A stretch of 64,000 nucleotides of DNA from Marsupella aquatica (lineage: Eukaryota; Plantae; Marchantiophyta). The notes beneath the pieces were generated by a model that did no database searches, had not been told where the DNA came from, and worked only from the letters and a program-made list of their open reading frames with translations. The position numbers were made by a program, and so were the translations under genes. Position 1 is the stretch's first letter. Each line of letters starts with the position of its first letter. The DNA lies in NCBI GenBank assembly GCA_973895155.1, contig OZ316897.1, positions 19,168,168 through 19,232,167 on the forward strand. The letters are read 5' to 3'. This document shows, piece after piece, positions 12,773 to 25,289 of the stretch.

Positions 12773-14071
12773 ATCCCCTGTAACAAGATATAATTAAAAT
12801 GGGCATGTTATGACCAAAACATACCACAAAATGATATAAATCAAAGTTCCCAAATAATGATGACAAGAAACCCAAACCAAAATGACCATAGCAATAAAAA
12901 AGGTACCTTTATGAGACCCGGGCTCAGCAGTGCCAATAGCTCTTGTGGCTCTAAGATAATTAATGAACCCAATCTGAAAGTATGAGGGAAAAGCTGCAAC
13001 CATTCCATGTATATGTAAGCACAATAATCTGGACCAGACAAGAACAAAAAACCCTATATACATGTCCCCTTTATACATAGTGGCAACCAAAAGTGTTAAG
13101 TACATGAAAGGAACACTTTAGCCGATCATGCAATGTTTACCTTTCAGATGCCCGGGCTCTCACAATGCATATGCATTAGTATCAAATCATCAAAAAGTGC
13201 CGCACCCTGCAAGCTATCATATATTCCCCTCCTTTGTTAGCAAAACCCATGCCAATCCCCTTTTGATTCATAAACCCAATGAACCTCTCTTAAACCCAAA
13301 AGGCTGCAATATAAATCTCATGAAACCTTGCTTTGTCTTATCCAAACCTTCAACCCCAAACCGCATCCTACCTATTAAACCTAAATCTGACTTACACACA
13401 AACCCAAACCTTTCTTCAACCCTAGAGACCTTTCTATTTAAAAACCCCAAACCCTAAAACCCTAAACCCAAACCTTACTTATTTCTTGTAAACCGAATCC
13501 CACACCTTTATTATTTCTTCTAAACTAATGTAAACCCAAACCTTAGCCTAAACCAACACCATACATAACCCATTAACCTGAAATCTGCCTAACCCTTCAA
13601 ACCCGCCTTCAACTATTATCTAACACCCAAAACATGGCCAAAAAGCATTCCAAATATGAGTATAGAGGGGTCCACTTCACCTTTGAAAAAAACCCTTTCA
13701 AATGAAACCAACATTCCCCCAGGACGAGTTGCCAATGTCTTGCGAAGCCGCTTCCTTCGCAAATACCATCACAAATTAGAATTGAAGTTTGCGAAGCTAC
13801 TGCTTTCGCAAGACCTTCAGAAAAGCAGAGCCCGAGAGCATTTCTGCGAGAGAGCGAAGGTGTTGCGAAGCCTTTCACGTCGCAATGGTTTTGCAAAATT
13901 GAGAAACTATATGCGAAACAAGAAGAATCGCAACTTGCGAAACGGGTTGCTTCGCAAGTCTTTCCCGCTTGTACTTTTGCACTCGGCCGCGGCGTACTCA
14001 GCGGCATTTGACAAATTTCAAGCGTAGGGAGGGAGAAGGGAGCTCGCGCGCGCTCGGGGGGTGGCTTGGCT

Positions 14072-16041
14072 ATGGATTCCAGTGGAGCAAATGGAGGTGA
14101 TAGGGCAGGGGTGAGTGAGAGTGGCAATGGGAATGAAGGCAATGGGGAGCAGGAGAGGAATCGATGGACCGATTTGATGGCTGAGCACCTCAATGCAGCA
14201 CAGTTGAGCCACTTAGATTTGACTACACCAGCAGGGATTGCTTCTTTGAGTGCAATCCTTGGGCAAGCCTTGCAAACGGGAGTAGATGCAGGGAACATTG
14301 CAAGGGAGGAGGAGCAAAGGAGTGCAGCTCAACAAAAGGCAAGAGAGAAGAAGCGTAAGAAGGAGGAGAGGGCCAAGGCAGGAGTAGTCTCACCTGTTGC
14401 CCTAGAAAAGAAGAGGAGGAGAGAGGAACGAGATGAGATAAGAGCACAGCGGGAGGAGCAGCGAAAGAAGGAGGAAGAGAGGAAGAAGCTGCCTATGATT
14501 GCCTTGATCGAAGGCATTCCTACTGAACTGGCATACACCGGTTCAAAGAGCACTATCAGGCTTATGGTGCGCTCCAATTTTGCACGAGGAGTTGAGTGGG
14601 GGAAACTCAGCAAGGCAGACCAGAAGAAAGTAATGAGTCAAATCAAAGATTCATTTCGAAATGGAGCAGAGATTGATGAACAGTGGCTTGCAGATAGAAT
14701 TTCCAATTCAATGTCTCAAGCACGGTACCATGATAGGAAGAAGGTAAGGGCCTACCTGGCAAACTTGGAGGAGTACAGAAACGTGAGGAGGCCACTGCAA
14801 TTCACTGAGGACGTGTGGAATGCCTTTTACAAAGTGGAGGTGCAGATGAGAGCTGCCAGGAACCTTCTCTTCTGGAAGGAGATGGAAGCCAAGGCACAGA
14901 AGGCCGGGAAGTCCGACCGAGAGCTCAAGGCAATGGCTGAGAAAGTGTCTCACATGCAACACATTGTGGATGAAGTGGGTGCACCACCCCAAAAATTCAT
15001 CCTTGCAGCTGAGCGAGTCAGCAAACGGCCCAAGACCACGCACAAGATGGGCCAAGGTGGACTTCCCGGCCTCAAAGCACACTTTGTGAGTGGGCCCTCT
15101 CCTCTCCTCCCCTGCTTCTGTTTCCTTGCTTTCAATTGCTATCCAAACCTGCAATGCCCCCCCTGCATACCTCTTGTTTCTTTCTTACGGCCTGCCTTGT
15201 ACTTTAGGTCACCTTGACACATTGCGTGCCTTAGAGATTTCTCGGAATTTTTTAAAAACAGAGTTTGCGAAGCTTTTGCGATGCGGGTTGCTTCGCAAAT
15301 GTTTCGCAAAGTCTATCATGGCATTATTTAAAGTTGTAAATGCGAAGCTATTGCGAAATAACTCGCTTCGCAAACTACTTTGCAAACAGCCAATTTATTT
15401 GAATTTGCGAAGTGGGGAGTTTCGCAAGTGTGTATTATGTTTTAAAAAAACCGCTAAGGGTTATTGAGCCCAGTTTTGTGTTAGGGGGCACCCTATTAGC
15501 ACCTCCATGCATTTTTCTTGGGTTTATAGCATATTAACCTCGATCTATTTTGGTTTTGGAATGTTTGGTTGTGGTAGTATAAGAGGTACCGCAGGAAGAT
15601 AACAGCAAAAGAGATGGAGATAGGAGCTGCGCATGGAGCCAAACATCTCTTTGACTTGGTTGACGCAGAGTTGGCGACTGTAAGTGCATGTATCCCCTTC
15701 AGTTTTTCCCACCCAATCCACTTATCTTTTCATTCCGTAAACCTAAACCAATTGGCGTTGTGCTGTGCAAACAGGATGATGAGGATGCCAGTGATACCAG
15801 TAGCACCGATGAGAACAATGAGGGGACCACGACAAAGGGGCCCAAGGTAGGAGGGAGTAGTGGATCTGGACCAGTAGGAGGAGTTTCCCAGCAGGAGGGG
15901 GAGGAAGAGGATGAGGACGAGGATGAGGAGGAACCAGATGTGGAGGAGCAGCCAGCACCACCTCCTGTGCCACGTCCGGATCGTCGCAAGAGGGACAAGG
16001 GGAAGAGGCCGGCGACAAGGAGTAGGAGGACCCCATTCTAG
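14072..16041 (+). CDS. TnpA-like accessory protein (Ptta/Transposase_24-like); exons 14072-15085, 15578-15679, 15775-16041; ~460 aa
   Basis: Charged coiled-coil, then W-K...F...W...RP..F.EDVW..F and H-MGQGG motifs resembling plant TnpA/Ptta proteins, then an acidic/basic tail. Splice sites are conserved with the paralog at 5151. Confidence 0.7.
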
Positions 16042-17701
16042 AGCTTGGTGGTGTAGTGCCTATGGGATACCCATTTACTTAGTGTAGTATATAGTTTTGA
16101 TATGGGTAGTCTTATAGGGACCTAGCTTGTCATATGACACCCATCTAGGGTTTAGGGTTTAGGAAACCCTAATTTTTGTGTACCTATCAATTTTCTATAA
16201 AGCAATTTTGATTCAGACCTCATTCTCCGTGTTGGACGACAAGACCCCAACCATAATTCAAAACTCTAAATCTAAACCCTAGCCTCAAGACATCTTGCGA
16301 AACCTATGCGAACACCCCAATTCGCATATTTACCATATTGAAGGTATCGCAAACATTATGCAAACCACATACGTTCACAAAAATGCGAAGCCATGTTCAT
16401 GGCATAACTACCATTAACTTAATATCGCAAACCGATTACCAAACTTCTGGGATTGCAAATATTTAACTGCTTGATTATTATCGCAAGCCTCTCGCGACGC
16501 CCACGGAGTCGCTTAAATGTGAGTCCTTTGCGATTCTATTAGTGTCGCAAGTTGCGAAGGTCTTGCGAAAGACCGGATGCGAACCTTTGGGCTTCGCAGT
16601 TTGCGATTCTATTGCGATGCGCGATACTTCGCAAAGGCGAGTTTTGTTTTTTGATTTCCTTTGTTGTTTGCGATGCTTTCAAGTTCGCAAAAGGTGTGGG
16701 TAGTGTTGTAGTGATTAGCACACATTGATGACCAGGGGGAGGAGGAGGACCCTAAGGATGAGGAGGAGGAGCAGGAGGGGCAGGAGGAGCTAGAGGAGCA
16801 GCAAGAGCAGGAGCGCCGACGGCCATCACGCACCCGTCACCAACAGGATCCCCGGAAGGATAAGGGCAAGAAGCCAGCCAAGAAGCCAACCAAGAGGAGC
16901 CGCAAGAGCCCATTCTAGTTATTTTGTAGAGATACATGCATGAGAGTGACTTGTCATGCCAGAGCTTAGGGTAGGAAGAGGCAGCATAGGTTTAGAAGGG
17001 CGGACCTAGCATAAGATATTTCCCCCCTCTTGTCCATGTATAGGGTTCTTTGAAGCCCTATCATTTTGTTCATGCTTTTCCATTTTATAAAACAACAATT
17101 TTGCCTTCCACATTGGGTCCCAAGGAAAACCCCTCGCAAATAATGTATTGAATCCTCTGTGATCATAATTTTGCGAACCCTTTAAGAACTCATTCCCATC
17201 GCACAATATAAACCCCAAGGCGTCGCACTTTTTGAGTCAATTAACTTCAGAACTTCAGATCCAAATATGTCAGGTTTTTGTGATACTTCTAGGATCGCAC
17301 TTTCCTAGTCGAAACCGTTCACAAACTTCTGAAATCACCGGTATCGCTCTTTGTCATACAATCCCCATCAAAACAATTGACCAGTATCTTTTGCAAATAT
17401 GATGTGATGGTAAATCCTTCTCAATATCGATGCCCGTGCGGGACGTGTGTGTGTATGTTTGCGAACCTTATGCGACGTATAATGGATCGCACAAGTATTG
17501 AATCTTGCGAACCTCTCAGCTTCGCAGTTTGCCATGGTGTTGCGATGCCGTTGCGATGGTCCGCGTGCGAAGTTATTAGGTTCGCAAAGTGCGAAGGTGG
17601 TGCGATGCGCGTATGTTCGCAATGGCCAGAATTATGAAAATCAGGGGCTTGTTAGTTGCGATGAGATTGTCTTCGCAAAACCGGCCGATAGTGTTGTAGT
17701 G

Positions 17702-18176
17702 ATGATCTCTGTCCAATTCCTAACAAAGATAATCTTTGTTTGATCAAAGGATACTGACAATCTTTATTAGGAATTGGACAGGGATGATCTCTATCCTCTA
17801 CTTGGATAGAGATGATCTTTGTCCAATTCCTAATAAAGATCATCTTTGTTTGATTAGAGGATACTGACGATCTTTATTAGGAATTGGACAGGGATCATCT
17901 CTATCCTCTACTTGGATAGGGATCATCTCTATCCAATTCCAAATAAAGATCCTCAGCATCCTCTGATAGAACAGTTTCGATCCTCTAGTTGGACATCCTC
18001 TATCGTCATTTTGGAAATAGATGATCCCTATCCAATTGGACAGGGATGATCTTTGTCCTCAGTTTGGACAAAGATCATCTCTATCCAATTCCTAATAAAG
18101 ATCACTATCTTCTACTTGGACTCTACTTGGACAGGGATCATCTCTGTCCAATTGGACAGAGATGATCTCTGTCCAC
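17702..18176. repeat. Array of palindromic TGGAYAGRGAT-S-ATCYCTRTCCA units with linker sequences
   Basis: Repeated GGACAGGGATCATCTCTATCC / GGATAGAGATGATCTTTGTCC units separated by AATTCCTAATAAA or TCTACTT linkers. Confidence 0.85.
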
Positions 18177-19184
18177 TGCACAAATATTCAACTTGTTATC
18201 GAGATACTCACTTGGATTGAGCAATTGGAAGGCTCTGGAATCCTCGAGGGCCGTGTCTACCACATCCTCCAATGGAGGAGAGGTCTATCTCCTCTGTTGG
18301 CTCAACGACCAAAGACACATGAATAGGTCTAGATGGATCCATCTTGTGACACGTGGTCGTATGGACACATGGAGGATCACAAAGCGTTAGATCTAGGGCA
18401 ATTAACGTGGCGGCTAGGGCATAAACTCTAGTGTGAAGGCGGAGGTGGAGTGGGGCCTAGGGAGACTGGAAGCAAATGAGGCGGAGGAGCGAAGAAGGGG
18501 AGGAGGGAAGAAGAATGAGGCCCAAGTGGGACCTCTTGCCTCCTTTACCCCCCCACCAAGGCAAGGCAAGACCGACTCAACACGTGGGAGGCCGAGCTGC
18601 AAACCCTAAATGCAAGGCTGCGTAAATTGTGCCGCCCGACTTAGTTGTGTGGTGTGGGTGACCTAATCCACTCGACCCTAAACTCCGCCGCTACTTAAGG
18701 CTGATCACGCATCGCCTTATCCGTAAGAGTGATCTTGAATAAATGGTATAAGATACTTGGGCGCTCCGGCTGGTCCTCATTTGGTATTTTCATTTCTAGA
18801 TTTTCATTCAGTCTCTCAACCAGGTCCGTTCATTACGGAGCCCCATTGAGCCATTCTTGTTTTCTAGACAAAACATCTAGTTTTAATTTCTTCCACACCC
18901 CTGAAGCATTTAGTTTACCAGCTTACTGAGAACTACCCCTTCAACAAAGTATTTTATTACTTGGTTTGACAACATAAACTAAGTGAGTTTTGTGTTCAAG
19001 AATCATTTCCATTACAGGTAACTTTCAACTTAATTATAGAATATTCCATTGGTATCAAATTTAGGAAAATTTGTATATCTAAGTTACTTAAGGTTGGGGT
19101 ATCCAGCCCAACTCACGATTGGGATCATCTCAATCAAACCTTTCTTTGGTCAAACATTAAATTAGTGTGTAGAGGTTAACTGTC

Positions 19185-19666
19185 CGTACAAGGGTCATCC
19201 CTGTTAGCTGTTTTGATAGGGATCATCCCTATGTGCTGTTTGGATAAGAATGATGTTTGTCCACCGTTTGGATAGAGATGATCCCTGTCCACCGTTTGGA
19301 TAAGAATGATGTCTGTCCACCGTTTGGATAGAGATGATCCCTGTCCACCGTTTGGATGGGGATGATCCCTGTCCACCATTTGGATGGGGATGATCCCTGT
19401 CCACCATTTGGATGGGGATGATCCCTGTCCGGATTTTGGATAGGGACGATCCTAGTCCACCGTTTGGATAGGGATGATTCCTGTCCACCGTTTGGATAGC
19501 GATGATCTCTGTCCACCGTTTGGATATATGGGGATGATCCCTGTCCGGCTTTTGGATAGATATGATCCCTGTCCACCATTTGGGTAGAGATGATCCCTGT
19601 TCACCATTTGGATGGGGATGATCCTTGTCCGCCATTTGGATAGGGATGATCCTTGTCCGCCATTTG
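19185..19666. repeat. 28-bp minisatellite (~16 copies): GATGATCCCTGTCCACCGTTTGGATAGG
   Basis: Direct tandem repeats with the same palindromic core as 17702-18176. Confidence 0.95.
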
Positions 19667-22414
19667 AGGTATTTGCTTTATGGGCCCCAATATGAAAGGT
19701 TTTACTTTCAGATAGGACCACTGAGTGATCCTAAGTGATCCAGACCTTGAATCATCCATCAGTTTATTTTCTTTTTATCCAGCATCCGAAAGTAAGTATA
19801 ATTAGGGTTTATTTTGTTTATTGGGTTCAACAAAAACTTTCAGATTTCTCATGAACAACATTAGTGTTTTTAAATCCAATTTTGAGAGTTCAATTTTGAA
19901 GAAAAGATAGGGTTGTATTGGGGGTTGTATAAACCCTGGGCCCTCACTCCGTGTAAAAGAAGTGGACCCCCTGCGATTGGGCCCTTTTCCTGTTTACCCC
20001 TTGTTATTTCTATTTTACTATTAAAAGTTCCTTTATTACCGGTAATAATTATAATTATTAGTTCAAAATTAATAAAAACTACCCTTTGAGCATTTGCACG
20101 TCCTAAACGTATTAGTTAAGACTGAGGGCCTAGGGTGTATAAATGAATTTTGGGAATATTGTTAGAATCCATGGCTGAAATTGCTTACAGCCAAATCAAA
20201 AATATACAAGGAGTTTGAAAGAAGTGAACAGGTAAGCCTTTATTATTATACTGACGAAGCCACTGACAAGTAAGAAAAAAATGGCTACTTTTGACTTATC
20301 CATGTAATTGTCAACTATGACAATGTATGTAATACTGGATCCTTCAAAACCTATGATGAGCACATGCGCTCTTACAAAAAGGGTGTCCGGTATCAAAAAT
20401 GTGTACATATATAAGGAATCACTACATTTGCAACACATTATTTCTTTCTATGCAATATTTGTGTGAGCCCCTTCATGGTTGGATCGCTTGCATTCTAGGT
20501 AATGTGACTACATGCTATCCTCAACATTACATTTAATTGGGCATTGTAGCATCCTCAAGCTGTGGAGTGATAGTGTCAAAGATTTGGGCTCACTACGAGA
20601 TCATCAAGGATGCGTCCCTCGTCCTTGCGTTCGCCATCAGACTAAAAAATTGGCTCATCATCTGGAGTGTCGGTCCATGCAGCCTCCGCTTCAATCTGCA
20701 GTGATTGTCAATACATGCATGTCCCCGTCAATAATTGATGACCATAAGAAAACTCATATATACAATACATTTCTATATCCTTCGTGCTTGGAAATAATAC
20801 ATGTTTCTTTGCAAAATTGTCAGTACATGAGTGTGCTTTCTTGTAGATGGCAACCATGTTGGGTATATATGTTTGAATGGTCTTTACCTTTCGTTCTGCC
20901 TTCCACTCTGGTACTCATTGTCCCCCATAGTCTGAAAGAGTGGCCAGCCGTGCTTTCCCTCCCACAAAAGACTATCACATTTACAACACACCCAACAACA
21001 CATCCACTTCAGAGCATCTTCAGAAAGCCATTGCACCGCCATGGCATGCATCATGGACTTCAATTGCAAAGTAGTTGCCCTCCAATGGTTCAAAGAAATT
21101 CCTTAGAGCTGTGGCAGTTCGGGATAATCTTCCAACTTGAAATTTATCCAAGTGGGGCATACCCATCGTCTTCAATGTCATTCAGAGCATTGGTGGTCCA
21201 GTTATATATGTAATTTGAATGCGGCCATTGCAAAATCAAGGCTTGCAAGCAAGCCCAGTATCGATCGTTAGTTAAACTGCCCCAAGCATGGAAACCCACA
21301 TTAACCATGATGAGTTCAAAGAACATAAATGAATATGTTCTTGGGTGGAACAATAGGTTGGGGATGTTCTACATAGTTTTCTTCAAATCGTTTGACAAAC
21401 TTGGTTTGAGTCGCTGCCCTGCACCATTCACATTTCAACAATAAGCAGGTGGGGCACACAATGAAAAATGAATCAATACTAGGTACCAATTGTTTAACAA
21501 ATTCTGGATCACTTCATCTGCCTTTTAGCCATGCTCCACCGCTGTCACAGTGACCCCATTGCGTTGGCGACATTGGTTAATAATGCTTTTAACCACCTGG
21601 CTGTTTTTGGCAAGTAGCATTCCTCATCTCATGCTGGTGTTGTGCAAGTGGATCTTTTGTATACAATGATCTTGGGGTTCCATCACTAAGGAGTCTATGC
21701 ATTTTGTATACATGGCAGCCATATGTCCACAGGTTTTTGAAGGCAAAATTTTTGCAAGGCAGCATCTTGCACCCCCTCTTTAGCTCGGCAAGTCACGTCT
21801 GACTCCTGCTCAAAACTCACATACATTAATTTGTTTGCAACTTGTAATGCAACAAGCTAGCCAAATCAGAAATCATATGCAATCTCACCAGTTTGTAGTG
21901 CACACAAAGTTCACCTAAGCCTTTGGGTCGTAATTCCCCTTTGGAGACGGTGGATGTATTTGAGGTCCTTCATCATTTGTGGAGGTGGTGTTGGAAACCT
22001 GATGCTCTGTATTGTCTGATAGGATCCCTCACGCTTCTTGCCATACATCTGGGTTGCTCCCTATATTGGACCTCAACCTTTGCTCTTTGGAGAGTAAACC
22101 GCGTTCGTTGAACAAGGGCATCAACCTCAGGGGTTTCACTTCCACAAAAATGGTACATCACGTGCGACAAACTATATAGGGTCATTTCATTGGCTGAAAG
22201 GGAAGACTTAAGAATTTTCTGAGAAGAACAATAGGGTCTTTTAAATCAAAATTTGAGAACATAAGAACATTAGGGTCCTTATAACCAAATTTTTGGAGAA
22301 TATTCCAACTTTATAGGGGTTGAAAAATAATATTGTTTCTTACATTTTAGTGGGTCCGAGGCCTAAAAAAGTTGTAGGTGATGGGGAGACATCCATATAG
22401 TAAGACCCACAAAA

Positions 22415-25289
22415 CATAGTGACAAACCAAACGGGAAGTGTGACCACCCAACGAGAAGTGTGTTTTGGATTTTACCAAAAATGACAAAAAATCTCATAAA
22501 TTTATCTAAAAAACATGAATTCTAGTAAGAATCCAAAATTGGATTCAACATTGGATTCAAACTCGAGATACTTTCTAACCAAAACTAGAAAATCTCTATA
22601 ATTGATAACTTCCTAGCTAACACTTCATCTCTAAAATGAGGGAAAACTCCGAAACGCCTAAAACAACAATTTCCAAGTCCTCTCTCTGAAAGCTCAATCA
22701 AGGCGTCTCAAAACACACCAAAAACAAAAAACGCCGATCGTCAATCCAGTAGTGCAAAACAAAATGGGATACCGCGTATCCCACTTTGCATTCATTCAAA
22801 GAAAATCAATCAACAACATGCTAAGTCAACTGTTTGGTGGACACATTTACCAGAAAGGGTAACCGATTTGAATATTTACTAAGCGTAAAAACACCTACCA
22901 CAAAACATTTCCTCCAAACCATGGTTGATCCTCACAGTCAGTTAAGTTAACCCAAGCACATTTTGGGGTCAAAATGCAATTTGAATACAAAGTTAGCTCC
23001 AAGTATCCAATCTGGTATTTAACCTCCAAATACTCGATCGCCACGCCGTGCGCTTGGAAATTGAGGGTTTGAATACCAATAGGGATCCACGTATCCCATT
23101 TTTTTGAACAAGTCCAAAAATAACCCTCTCAAAACCAAGGATGAATACCAAATGGGATCTAGCCAAAATTTGCCCTTGCCGCACCTTGCACCTCAATTAA
23201 TATTGAGGTTTGAATACCAATACGGATCCACGGATCCCATTTGATATTCACCCGCCAAAATTTGCCCTTACCACACCTTGCACCTCAATATTGAGGTTTG
23301 AATATCGACACGGATCCATACTGACACGGATCCATGAGTCCCATTTGTTGACTCAACTCCAAAACAATTTTGGATTTTTCCTTGCTCAGCACAACCCCAA
23401 TCACATCCATTTTTTACTCTTTCAAAATATGTAGGACCAATCAACAGACCTACCTAAAAATGGAGGCAAGTACCAAGTGGGTTTGTGGATCTCAACTCAG
23501 ATTCAAAGTCTCGGATTGGCACTCGGTCACAAGTCACTCATCCATTTTCACATTTGGTCTTTGTAAAATTCTAATCACTCTTTGTAAAGTTCTTAATTTG
23601 TAAAATAACATGTTCTTATACCAAATGGGATAAAACAATATGTTCTTATACCAAATGTGGGATCCATGGATCCCACTTGGTATTCATACAAGATTTTATG
23701 ACTTTTTCCTTTCTAGATTTGTGAAATAACATGTTTGAATACTACATGGGATACTTGGTATCCCACTTGGTATTCCTCTTGAAGTTTTGACCATTTGTGA
23801 TCTTTTAAGAAATGCAATCTAATTGTTTCGCAAGATTTTGTCTGATCTCAAATTTTTTCTTTTTCTATTTTTGTAGCACCGAGTAAATTGACTGAAGAGT
23901 CTCAAGCTCTCCTTTCTAACGATATCAATTATAAGGAATTTGGATAAATACTGATAAAGATATGGCTTCCAAAGCGTGAGAGGGTACAAATTAAACTTAA
24001 GTTTTTGAAATTTTGTAATTTCACCCCACAACTTAATGTGATCATATCTTAATCAATTTTTCATCATTTTCATATCAATTCTTGTCACAACTAGTGATGA
24101 AGATGTTAAGTATGAATTTGGATCATTTCAAGATTCTCAAGCAACTAAATAGGGTCTTTGGATTTGACTTTGAAAAAACAATTGAAAGCTTAGGGGCTCA
24201 AAGTTAAGAATGACCCGGTATTCACTAGTTTTGGATTGAATTTCTCAATTTATGGCTTGTGCATTCCAAAAAGCCTCATATCCTTGGATTGAATGCAAAG
24301 TAGGATACATGGTATCCCATTTCGTATTCAACTCCTGAACTTACGGCTTGTGCATTCTCACTCATCATTTGGTTCATCATTGTGTTTATTGTGAGATACC
24401 CAATGGGATACCATGTATCCCACTTCACATTCAACCTCTGCCTTTTAGACCTAACATGGGATATATTCAGAGGTTGAATACCAAATGGGATACGCGGTAT
24501 CCCACTTTGCATTCAACATTGAATTTCTATCTTTTGATTCTAAAATGCGTGTGATTCACCGGTTGAATCCGAAATGGGATACGCGGTATCCCATTTTGCA
24601 TTCAACCTTGAATTTCTTGCATTTCGCACCTAAATGCTTCATATTCAGAGGTTGAATGCAAAGTGGATATGGGGTATCCCACTTTGCGTCCAACCTCATT
24701 TTTTCACGTTTATGATACCCAAACTGGATTTTTGATGATTGAATCCCAAATGGGATACGCCGTATCCCATTTGTGATTTGTCCTCATCATTTCCAAAAAG
24801 ATATATCCTTCTCACTTGTTCAGATTCTAGTTTGATTTGGGGGGATACGAATTTGCATAGAGAGTGTGGATTCTTGGGGGAGCAAGAGGATGCGGGGGCG
24901 AGAAGAAATGAGTGGAAAATTTTGATCATGGCTCTTCTAGTTGTAGTTTGCCCCCATCGTGGTCAATTTCTAACTGCAATTTCATCGCAGCCAGTTAAAA
25001 GTTACTATTAAAAACAAATCTAGGAAAATTCTTGATGGGTAAAATGACCTTGCCCCTTTTAATGCGTTTGTTGTTTTTTCTTTTTGGAAAACCGCGGTGG
25101 GATCCAAAATGGAATACGCTGTATCCCAGCTTCGGATTCAAGTCATTTTTCCTCATTTTTAAAATCTAAAATCTGGGTTTTTAGAGGGAATACCAATTCT
25201 GTATCCAATACGTTTTTGCCTTAGAATTTTTTTCCGCCGCGGGCAAAATGAGAAGTACGGTCACACTTCTCGTTTGGTCCGTCACTATG
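22415..25289. mobile_element. Non-autonomous TIR DNA transposon (~2.9 kb)
   Basis: 31-bp TIRs: left CATAGTGACAAACCAAACGGGAAGTGTGACC, right reverse complement CATAGTGACGGACCAAACGAGAAGTGTGACC. Many internal palindromes of the type GAATACCAAATGGGATAC..GTATCCCATTT. No long ORF and no clear TSD. Confidence 0.8.

Larger units (their letters stand above)
6992..16713 (-). mobile_element. Complete, apparently autonomous CACTA transposon (~9.7 kb)
   Basis: Left end CACTACAACATATTTGACACTTTTGCGAA; right end reverse complement CACTACAACACTACCCACACCTTTTGCGAA. ATT TSD at 6989-6991 and 16714-16716. TTGCGA/TCGCAA subterminal motifs at both ends. All predicted coding exons are open. Confidence 0.95.
5151..16918 (+). 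pseudogene. Disrupted TnpA-like (Ptta/Transposase_24-like) gene of the outer CACTA; exons ~5151-6174, 6646-6747, and 6842-6991 continuing at 16717-16918
   Basis: Paralog of the gene at 14072-16041 (W-DL-A-HLNAAQL, HK-GQGGLPGLK-HF|GTGAGT, same 102-bp exon 2, same CCCATTCTAG end). Frameshifts near 5735 and 5995. The last exon is split by the 6992-16713 insertion. Confidence 0.85.
3262..17701. mobile_element. Outer, degenerate CACTA element (visible parts 3262-6991 and 16714-17701), interrupted by two other CACTAs
   Basis: Right TIR GTGTTGTAGTG ends at 17701 (reverse complement CACTACAACAC), preceded by TTGCGA/TCGCAA subterminal motifs. 3440-3490 matches 13135-13185 of the inner element. It carries a broken paralog of the inner TnpA-like gene. 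Confidence 0.85.

Noticed and set aside
18194-18974. Possible solo LTR (TGTTATC...GACAACA) between the palindrome arrays
   Set aside because: No matching target-site duplication, PBS or PPT found; boundaries are unsupported.
19176-19721. CRISPR-like appearance and repetitive ORFs of the 28-bp palindromic array
   Set aside because: Units are contiguous with no unique spacers, no cas genes are present, the context is eukaryotic, and the ORFs are repeat translations.
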